From NCBI GenBank assembly GCA_000165425.1, contig CT868063.1, positions 617,332-637,331 of the forward strand: DNA of 20,000 nucleotides, in the 5' to 3' direction. This stretch comes from Paramecium tetraurelia. Taxonomy: Eukaryota. Of the stretch, positions 10,670 through 20,000 are shown piece by piece (position 1 is the stretch's first letter; each line of letters begins with the position of its first letter). The notes beneath the pieces are model-generated. The model had not been told where the DNA came from. It did not search any database and was given only the letters and a program-made list of their open reading frames with translations. Made by a program: the position numbers and the translations under genes.

Positions 10670-11351
10670 NNNNNNNNNNNNNNNNNNNNNNNNNNNNNNN
10701 NNNNNNNNNNNNNNNNNNNNNNNNNNNNNNNNNNNNNNNNNNNNNNNNNNNNNNNNNNNNNNNNNNNNNNNNNNNNNNNNNNNNNNNNNNNNNNNNNNNN
10801 NNNNNNNNNNNNNNNNNNNNNNNNNNNNNNNNNNNNNNNNNNNNNNNNNNNNNNNNNNNNNNNNNNNNNNNNNNNNNNNNNNNNNNNNNNNNNNNNNNNN
10901 NNNNNNNNNNNNNNNNNNNNNNNNNNNNNNNNNNNNNNNNNNNNNNNNNNNNNNNNNNNNNNNNNNNNNNNNNNNNNNNNNNNNNNNNNNNNNNNNNNNN
11001 NNNNNNNNNNNNNNNNNNNNNNNNNNNNNNNNNNNNNNNNNNNNNNNNNNNNNNNNNNNNNNNNNNNNNNNNNNNNNNNNNNNNNNNNNNNNNNNNNNNN
11101 NNNNNNNNNNNNNNNNNNNNNNNNNNNNNNNNNNNNNNNNNNNNNNNNNNNNNNNNNNNNNNNNNNNNNNNNNNNNNNNNNNNNNNNNNNNNNNNNNNNN
11201 NNNNNNNNNNNNNNNNNNNNNNNNNNNNNNNNNNNNNNNNNNNNNNNNNNNNNNNNNNNNNNNNNNNNNNNNNNNNNNNNNNNNNNNNNNNNNNNNNNNN
11301 NNNNNNNNNNNNNNNNNNNNNNNNNNNNNNNNNNNNNNNNNNNNNNNNNNN
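10670..11351. other. Assembly gap (N run)
   Basis: 682 N characters. It hides the 3' end of the WD40 gene. Confidence 1.
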
Positions 11352-12480
11352 NTTTTTGTTGATCAATAATTATTTGGAATTAATGAATTGTTTAGGGAAC
11401 AACCAATCACATCCATTACCACTTTTTACTTAAATTTATTTTGATAAATAAAATTATTGATTTTTCTAATTCAATTCATAAACTTACATCTCCAAACTCT
11501 TCATAGGTTGAACACTAAAACTTTAATTATTCAAAAAACATACTCTGTAGCCAACTTATTGAATCACTTACACCAAAACCCATGTATTATTGTTTTGACA
11601 TTAACTAACAAAGATTCGATCATCTTATGCAGCACAAGAAATCAATTAATTTTAACTTTAATTCAAACTTAAACTTCTCAGTCGACCACTATGATATGTT
11701 AAAGTCTAAGAATGGTTCCATAAACTTGATTTTACCCAAAATTTTATAGATTTATCATCACTCCCACTAATAATTAAATTAGCAGTATTATTGATAATCA
11801 TACATACTACCCAATCTGAATGAGCAACTAATTTTTATTATGCTTGCCAATTTGATTTGTCTTTCATAATCCAAATAATAATAGACATGTCCTTACTACC
11901 AGAAATAAATGACATTTATTTTTTCATAAAATTTAAACAAGTAATCATATTTCTATGTTCTTTCAGCTATTAAATTAATTTTAAGAATCCCAACTTAAAT
12001 TCATAAACATTTACTTCACCATTACAATATCCAGCTATCATAATCGCAGAATCAGAACTAAACGCAATTGCTTTACATTCACTTTCCTTAAAAGAATTGA
12101 TTAATTCATATCTCTTACTTGAAATCAAAATTTTGGCATCAATTAATGCTTTTTAATTACTCTCAATTTATAAGAGGGCACTTTAAGTTTAAGTTACATT
12201 TTGAATAGTTGTAAGTTGGTAGTTATATCTCATTTAATCAGTCAATTATATTTAATTTTAGCATAATTAACGTATTTGAATCTAATTTGCTTCTATTTCT
12301 GCTTAAATTGTGTCATCAATAATCAGATGATAATTTTTATTATTTATGACTTTGGCGATTGATAATATATCATCAGTTGTCATCCCTGACCAATCTTTTT
12401 GTATTAAATATTATGTTTTTTTCTGAATTTCATCCATTCTATCTTCATTTGGTTCAAACTCCCCTGTATCAACCTATGGT
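11352..12480 (-). CDS. WD40-repeat protein (expanded Paramecium-type family), partial between gaps
   Basis: Uninterrupted frame: ...CKAIAFSSDSAIMIAG...KEHRNMITCLNFMKKQMSFISGSKDMSIIIW...AHSDWVVCMIINNTANLIISGSDDKSIKFW...YHSGRLRSLSLNQSQNQLISC...GYRVCFL...CDWLFPKQFINSKQLLINK. Confidence 0.9.
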
Positions 12481-13274
12481 NNNNNNNNNNNNNNNNNNNN
12501 NNNNNNNNNNNNNNNNNNNNNNNNNNNNNNNNNNNNNNNNNNNNNNNNNNNNNNNNNNNNNNNNNNNNNNNNNNNNNNNNNNNNNNNNNNNNNNNNNNNN
12601 NNNNNNNNNNNNNNNNNNNNNNNNNNNNNNNNNNNNNNNNNNNNNNNNNNNNNNNNNNNNNNNNNNNNNNNNNNNNNNNNNNNNNNNNNNNNNNNNNNNN
12701 NNNNNNNNNNNNNNNNNNNNNNNNNNNNNNNNNNNNNNNNNNNNNNNNNNNNNNNNNNNNNNNNNNNNNNNNNNNNNNNNNNNNNNNNNNNNNNNNNNNN
12801 NNNNNNNNNNNNNNNNNNNNNNNNNNNNNNNNNNNNNNNNNNNNNNNNNNNNNNNNNNNNNNNNNNNNNNNNNNNNNNNNNNNNNNNNNNNNNNNNNNNN
12901 NNNNNNNNNNNNNNNNNNNNNNNNNNNNNNNNNNNNNNNNNNNNNNNNNNNNNNNNNNNNNNNNNNNNNNNNNNNNNNNNNNNNNNNNNNNNNNNNNNNN
13001 NNNNNNNNNNNNNNNNNNNNNNNNNNNNNNNNNNNNNNNNNNNNNNNNNNNNNNNNNNNNNNNNNNNNNNNNNNNNNNNNNNNNNNNNNNNNNNNNNNNN
13101 NNNNNNNNNNNNNNNNNNNNNNNNNNNNNNNNNNNNNNNNNNNNNNNNNNNNNNNNNNNNNNNNNNNNNNNNNNNNNNNNNNNNNNNNNNNNNNNNNNNN
13201 NNNNNNNNNNNNNNNNNNNNNNNNNNNNNNNNNNNNNNNNNNNNNNNNNNNNNNNNNNNNNNNNNNNNNNNNNN
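12481..13274. other. Assembly gap (N run)
   Basis: 794 N characters. Confidence 1.
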
Positions 13275-13955
13275 CATGCACCCTAAATGATATTGACCCT
13301 CTTAGTCAATGTTAACAATATCAATTTAAAGTTCATGAATCTGGCATCTATAGTTTCTAATTAATAATTTCTCCTTCTCTTACATGAAGAAATCTTTAAT
13401 TTATTCTAATGAGTTTGTATTATATTACAATCTAATTTCCTTTAGAAATTATTATTGTTATTCTCAAAAAGAGAGAACCTACATTGGCATTAATGAACAA
13501 GCAATTGTCTCTTTTATTGATTCATAATCTACCATTTCTTCAAAAAATATCTCAATATCATAATTCTCATAAATGAATCTAGATAATGCTTCTCTAGTTT
13601 TCTATTCCAAGAATTTATCAACCGTAATTATAACTTAAATCTGTTTATTGATCTCTTATATGTTTCCCTCAATATATTAAGATAGTTAAGATTAAAATTA
13701 AAACATCTATTCCTTTAATTTGAGAAGTAGTTCTAGGTTTTTAGAATTCATTATTTTTCCTTCTCCTAATATAACCTATTCATGCTTATGAATAAAAGAT
13801 TCAGCCTCTTTGATCAGCAATAAATTATGTGGATATTCAATTTTTTCAATGCACTTCTAGCAATATAATTTCCGTTGATTCCCTAACTTTCCTCTCTCTA
13901 AATAAATAGCTTGTTCATTATGTTACACACATTAATTATTGTGATTAACTTACAT
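13275..13955 (-). pseudogene. Probable 5' part of the WD40 gene (B-box-like Cys/His motifs plus coiled coil) with an in-frame TGA
   Basis: ATG 13955. MQVNHNNQCVQHNEQAIYL...KLYCQKCIEK...MQVLSF*EQQQQFLKEIRLQ...RCQIHELQIDIVNIDQEGQYHLGCM. TGA at 13464-13466 and the same frame continues afterwards. The link to the WD40 part across the gap is inferred. Confidence 0.6.
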
Positions 13956-15693
13956 AATAATTGGAAAAAATTTTAATAAATTATTAGATACACAAATGTA
14001 TAATATCTAAAATATATCTGAAAACAGAATTCATCAAATTTGCTGATTAGATATATCCAAGATTAATACTCAACTTTTCGAGAATCTCTTCAATATTTAT
14101 TAGAATATCATATCTAGCAACTATAGACACTAAAATAATAAATTCTTAGTGTATTCTGTTCTCAAAATAATAACTATTGAGTAAATTTAAATTAATATAA
14201 ATACAATTTCAGAGATCTAAGAATTTTTGTTGTGTAGAAAATTATTATGTGTTGATCTTATGTTATAAAAATATAACTTCAATATTACAATAGATGGACA
14301 CGACAACAATTGCAAATTGATGAAATGATTTGGTAAGTTATTTATTTCGGCAAGGTAATCAGACCCAAAATAATATAATTTACATTTCAAATAATAAGAT
14401 TGTATACATCATTAATAGAAAGATTACCTATTCGTTCTCAATTTTATATATTATCAGAACATTAAACGAATAAATTTATTAAGATGAAAAAAATTAATAC
14501 AAAAACAATATAGAATCAATTGATATCCAAATAGTTTAATGAATTTAAAAATTTACTCTCTTAATATTATTTAATTGAAATGAAGTGGATATTGATGATA
14601 CCATTGCTTTATGAGTGTATTTGTTTGATTTAGATCTATAATTTTGATGCTAGCCTATTGGTTTAAGATGGTATCAATTTTTAATAGTTATGAAGATTGG
14701 ATTATAAATAATGGAATAGGATCAATATTCTCAATCTGCAATTCATAAAATATTTTAGGAGGATTTAATAACTTTGGAGTTAGTACTTCAGTTACTAGAT
14801 TCTTTGGTAATTTAGATTCTCATTATGAATTGAAAATAGAGATGGAATTTTGGAGGTAGGCTTAATAATTATCTGTAGGATTGATAGATGGGGTTTTGAT
14901 CAATTAAAGATAGTTGTCGATGATGATTTGTAATTTTAACAAACATATCGAACAATGGGATCAGCACCTGATTATTGTGGTGGTGGGGGATATGATGATT
15001 AATATGAATTAATATCATTCAAGTTTCCTCATAAGAGAAAAACTGCTTGGGTTTATATTTATGTAAATTATAATACTGATTTTAACGTAATTATAATAAT
15101 TATTAATAGTAATCGTGGGGTTTTAGAACCTTTAAGATGAGTATAGAATAATGTCCTTAAGGATGTGGTATGTGTTCTAGTAATGATTATCCATAGTGTT
15201 TGAGATGGCATTATTAAGAATCCTTTTTTTCCCAAAAATTAATTTTAGGATAGGAATAGTGGGACGGAGAAGGATTTCCTTTATCATAATATCAATCAAT
15301 ACAATGCGCTAATTGCAATTACAAACAAGGAATGAGATTTCATCGAGAAATAGGTTTGGTTAATCATCTAGAAATGCGTTTAAGGTTTTATAGATAAGAC
15401 ACTAATAATATAAGAGTATCCTCAAATGGAATATGAAAATTCTATTATGTACAATCAGAACAGATTTGTAGAATTTGAAATTTTGGGAAAAGATGGAGGA
15501 ATAAGTGAGATATGTTTAGAAACCCTTTAATCAGAATTAAGAATTTAGGGATATTGAATTATATTATGCGGAATCTGAGAACTATGATATTATTCCATTT
15601 CATCCAGGCTGTGATTAATTTATTAATTCGAAATGTATTTCTTGTATTGATGGATGGATTTATGACCAAAAGGGAGAGAAGTGCTATTCAGAT

Positions 15694-16400
15694 TGTGGTG
15701 ATAAAGTAATTTAATTCTTAGAAGAATGTGATGATGGAAATGAGATACCTTATGATGGATGTTTTGAATGAAAATTCTAATGTGACGAGAATTGTTNNNN
15801 NNNNNNNNNNNNNNNNNNNNNNNNNNNNNNNNNNNNNNNNNNNNNNNNNNNNNNNNNNATTATCATATCAGATGAAGAATGCGATGATGGTAATTTAATA
15901 CCATTTGATGGTTGTTTTGAATGCAAATATTAATGTATTGATGGTTGTCATATATGTTACTAAGGAGAATGTCTATTAAGATGTGGGGAAGGATTTGAAT
16001 TTTAAGCTGATAGATGTTTATCAGTTTGTGGTGATCTTATTGTGACAAACGAAGAGTAATGCGATGATGGTAATATAATACCATTTGATGGTTGTTATGA
16101 ATGTTAAATCCAATGTCAAATAGGTCATGAATATATTAATTAGCAATGTGTATCCATTTGTGGAGACAGGATTACCTCAAATAATGAAGACTGCGATGAT
16201 GGAAATTCAATAGAATTCGATGGATGTCATTTATGTAAATACTCTTGTCCTTTGAATTGTCAAATTTGTTATTAGGGAGAATGTATTGTTTGTGATAATC
16301 ATTATGAATTAATCGATTCAGGACAGTGTTAAATATAGAATTTGATAAACGATCTTCAATGTAATGATTATAATGATTTTCCAAATGATGGCTGTTACAA
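15694..16400 (+). repeat. Tandem coding Cys-rich repeats
   Basis: At least four E.CDDGN....DGC units plus a degenerate fifth (QCNDYNDFPNDGC). 15881-15923 and 16061-16103 match at 41 of 43 nt and lie 180 nt apart. Confidence 0.9.
15797..15858. other. Assembly gap (N run) inside the Cys-rich repeat array
   Basis: 62 N characters. The true repeat number is unknown. Confidence 1.
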
Positions 16401-18759
16401 TTCTTAAATTGAATAACATTGGATATGTTAAACTATCTCTCAAATCAGCGAATGCACTTATTCATTAAACCCTTAAATAATCGTCACTTATCTTAACATG
16501 GCCTCAAATATTTAATATGTTAAGATCTCGTTTAACTAAGAAGTCAAGATACTAACCGATATATTACTATCTTAGAGTATCAAAACTCAAATACTGGAAG
16601 TCTCCAGTGATGACTAAATTATTAACGTTCAAATAATCTATGAGGCTGGTCATTAAATTGCTTTTGTTGAATATATATTAGAAATAGAAATCTTCAAACT
16701 CTTAGATTTTAAACCTATATTAGAAATTACATTAAATCAATAAGTTGTTAACATAAATGAGGTTGCTATAAATCCCAATTCATATTATTTAACATTAAAA
16801 AATCCAACTTACCTGGATGAATTACAATCTGATTTGGCTTAGAAGTTACTACAAATTAATAAATCCATAATCTATTCTCTAGGAGCAATTGGTCTAATGT
16901 CTTTGCTTTTGGGATTCTCCTCTATATTTTTAAATATACTTACTGTTTTACAATACTATTCATATTTAAGGTACATCAACCTTGAATTCCCTTCAAATCT
17001 AATGATCTATTTTGAAATTGGAGATCTATTAACTATGCAACCTTTATTAGATGTCATTCATTTTCAGGACCTATTGAATTTTTTTTCAGATGATCAATCA
17101 TTTTAACAATCATATGGGAAATTTTAGTTTTATAAATTAAATGCCGATCTACTTTAAAATATTCAAACCTAGATGTTACAATTCTTATTGATGGGATTAC
17201 TTTTTATAATACCACTAAATTACTTCAAAAGGATCGTCTATTATAAAATATTTACCTAATCATTTTTTGAGAAAATTTCTTGCAAATAATTACAAAAAAA
17301 AGATTGTATATTTAAATTTTACAAAATATTTTACACATTTATGAAAAGATTGATTTCTTGGGATGATCTATTGACTTATCAAGGTTTCCGATAGATATTA
17401 ATAATAAATGGATGGGATTTGGTTTTTAAAACACTGTTATTTATTCAATCTGCAAACGCTTTGAACTTTAAAGACATTATTTAAATTATTTTGGCATTAC
17501 TAATTCTATTTACCTATTTTTTAATTATCATTCAATCTTGCAATTAATCATAAAGTAAAAATTAACGTCTGCTAAATCTACTATTCGGGGACAAATTTGA
17601 AATATTTAATCTAATCAGAATCATCTATTTTTTTGTAATATTAATATTCTGTTAGAGAGAAAAAATTATTTAAATCATAATGATTTCATCCTCTTGCCTA
17701 TTTTCATTGACTCTTATTTATTGTTATCGTGATACTTTTGAGAATAAAAATTTAATTGTGCAATTAGTTATTGAAATAATCGTATTCATTTTTACATTAA
17801 CCTCAATTATATATATTCAAGAGTTTTCAATGGGAGAAGAACTAAAAATTATTTTTGGTTGGTTTCATATAGCCATACTTTCAATTGGTACCATAGTATA
17901 ATTTCTAGTGATAATATATGAAAAACTTAAAAAAGCATCTAATATCGAAAGTTTGTCAGATAAAAAATTGAAGTAACATAAGAATAATTCCCATTTAATT
18001 TTACATGAAGCAAGCAAACGTATTGTAATACAATAATCATGAAACATATTTCTAATTTATAATTTATAAATTTATTATTAAAGATATAGACTTTTTAGTT
18101 TATTCACTCATCCCCTAAATATTTTATCAATTATGGATTTTTAAATTGCAAATTATTCTCCTGCGAACTAAGTATTTGGTTTGTATTTTAACATTGAGTT
18201 TAGTCATTGTTCAATTTAATAGTAGGAATATAAAAAGTCTAAAAATAAATTTAATTTAGAAAATATATGGTTTAATTTCTCCTACGGATGACCGATAATT
18301 TTCTTTACCCTTATACCATTAGGATAATTATAACCATCATTTCACATTAATTGATAAATATATCAACTTGGAATTCATATTGGAAATGTGAAAGACTTTA
18401 GGCTTCTTCCACAAATATACCTTGATAATCACTTTTATATTTTTATTGAATGTTTATTGACACATATTCTTTTTGGTAGGCAACAACTAAGAAATTTAAA
18501 TGTCATTTGATTTAATGATGATATTAGTTTTTTTTTAATTCCAACTAATATGTTTGAATACAAATTATATTCAAGTTAAAATGGTTTTACCTTATTTTCA
18601 AAATAGATAAATATTTCTAATGTAAATTATAATTCTATGAAAGATTCAAAAAAAATTCCATTATCCCCACTGATTCATCCTTCGAAATTTAGATTGACAA
18701 TAACTTGCCAATCTTCCATAGAATGGATTTATCTCCTTCATCATTCTTTCAACATTAAA

Positions 18760-20000
18760 TCATAAGTTGATTAATTTTATTAATTATTCTTGTTTTTGCT
18801 TAGAATTTAATTGCTCACATTTGAAAACAATAAGCCTTCTGATTCTCTTGGATATCCTATCGATTTGGTTCTTCATGCTCATTTGTTTTTCGAGTAAAAC
18901 TTCTGTTCAATTCCTTTTATATTTCATGATTTTTTCCAGTTTTTCCACCCAGTTACCATCCTCTTCTCATAGGATCTAACATATGGTTCCAGGTCAAGTT
19001 CATACAATTTGTTTTACATATCCTCTAACTGAGTTTGAACGATTCAAAGTACTTGTAATCAGGAATTCTTGTGATTTTCTGGCAATTGTCTCTCTTCTTT
19101 TTTTACTCTCTTTTTTTATTTGATTGGTCCTCTCTTCCATTTATAGTTTCTTTTCCTTCTGATTTTCATAGTTCCTTAGATTAAATGGAAGTTTAAAAGA
19201 CTTAAAAATTTTCCTATATTTCAAGGATTTTTGAGGCACATCTTTAATGAATTTGTTGCTCAACAAGAAGTAAATGTACAGATTAATATATCGCTATTCC
19301 GACATATCCTGTGAATCATATTCATAGAATGTTTTCTGAATAGGTTAGTTTCCAATTACCTTTAATATAACCATTTTCCTTGATGTCAAATTTCAGTCTC
19401 CTTATCAAATTTATCAAAGATTTGTCAGGTTGACTTTAGAGGGTGGTCTCTTCATCTGTTCCATTTGAAATTTTATGCTCACTCTAACAATCTTCTAAAT
19501 CTCTAAGTATTTGAATCTCTCAACTCTCTTAATTCCAATTCTTTTTAACTCATCATCAGAACTAAAAGCAATATACATGATCTTTTTAGATTTAATTTAA
19601 GGCCGAAGTCTTTTTTTGCTCTTATGAAATCATCAGCAAATAATTTTGCAATTTTTTATCTAGTTCAGAATACAATATCGTCTGCATCAGCAAGGATTTC
19701 GGTTTCTTCAAACATCTTTTCGATTTTCCCCTTTTTTGAGGTAATTTCTCAATCTCTTCCTACATTATTGTATCATAAGTTTGTATCACATGGTCAAAGA
19801 AGATATTGAACAGGAATGGATTTTAAATAGATCCTTATTGTACCCCACTATTGAACCTGATCGTTTCTTTTGTTATTGGTTCAATAATATATAAGTCCTC
19901 ATTCACAAGAAAAAGAATCCAACAAAGATTCTTTTATCCCTTTTCTCATAGTTTTTACATTAAATTTCCTCTATGAACTTGAGATCCTAGTTTTTGAGCG
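18760..20000 (-). mobile_element. Decayed non-LTR (LINE-like) retrotransposon, RT domain and C-terminal region, 5'-partial
   Basis: RT motifs in correct order on the minus strand: QVHRGNLMQKL, IRFNSGVQQGSIQNPFLFNIFFD (GVQQGS at 19829-19846), ILADADDIVF (19671-19691, YADD remnant), FGLKLN and IKRVERFKYLEI (about 19500-19530, YLG remnant). There are frameshifts and TGAs (19946-19948, 19665-19667). The left boundary is approximate. Confidence 0.88.

Larger units (their letters stand above)
14580..18042 (+). pseudogene. Signal peptide + Myxococcus-type Cys-rich repeats (CGD..E.CDDGN....DGC, DUF4215-like) + multi-pass membrane domain; reading frame disrupted
   Basis: ATG 14580 (MKWILMIPLLYECIC). 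Introns at 14671-14695, 14856-14878 and 15087-15109. The frame breaks at 15434 (TGA) with a shift before 15547, and there is a TGA at a repeat Cys position (15769-15771). After the gap the frame is open from 15859 to the TGA at 18040-18042, through several hydrophobic helices (e.g. IIYSLGAIGLMSLLLG, LQYYSYLRYINLEFPSNL). Confidence 0.8.

Noticed and set aside
10665..13315. Long poly-X ORFs
   Set aside because: Artefacts of translating N gaps.
15881..16103. Spaced direct repeats resembling a CRISPR array
   Set aside because: They are in-frame codons of Cys-rich protein repeats in a eukaryotic gene, with no cas genes.
18043..18759. Possible gene between the Cys-rich gene and the retroelement
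   Set aside because: Only short TGA-interrupted frames were found and no motif was recognised.
6559..19809. ORF-track entries 6559-6765(+), 8287-8502(+), 11457-11672(+), 15512-15709(+), 16172-16384(-), 17865-18047(-), 18767-18979(+) and 19624-19809(+)
   Set aside because: They are antisense or off-frame shadows of genes or the retroelement that read properly in the ciliate code.
13464..19948. Hypothesis of a genome-wide ambiguous code with TGA = Trp/Cys, prompted by in-frame TGAs at plausible Trp/Cys sites (13464, 15769, 19665, 19946)
   Set aside because: The intact genes in 1-9701 have no internal TGA, use TGG where Trp occurs and end in TGA. Internal TGAs occur only in the gapped right half, mostly alongside frameshifts, which fits decay or sequencing error.
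1..20000. Functional link between the Piwi gene and the retroelement
   Set aside because: They are more than 18 kb and many unrelated genes apart. Proximity is not evidence of a system in this genome.

Overview
Very AT-rich, gene-dense eukaryotic DNA that reads only under the ciliate nuclear code (TAA/TAG = Gln, TGA the only stop) with 21-28 nt GT-AG introns. This is the signature of Paramecium, so the supplied standard-code ORF track is mostly fragments or artefacts. All gene models below were translated by hand. The left half (1-9.7 kb) holds compact, intact genes: a Piwi C-terminus, a membrane-anchored papain/cathepsin-B-like protein that has lost its catalytic Cys and His, two hypothetical genes, a group I truncated hemoglobin, a large LRR multidomain protein and a COQ1/PDSS-type long-chain prenyl diphosphate synthase. 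The right half (10.7-20 kb) has three assembly gaps, a Zn-finger/coiled-coil/WD40 gene with an in-frame TGA, a Cys-rich-repeat multi-pass membrane gene with frame disruptions, and a decayed non-LTR (LINE-like) reverse transcriptase running off the right edge. No IES interrupts the intact genes, so this looks like somatic (macronuclear-type) sequence grading into germline-like or pseudogenised DNA. No rRNA, tRNA, CRISPR or telomeric repeats were recognised.
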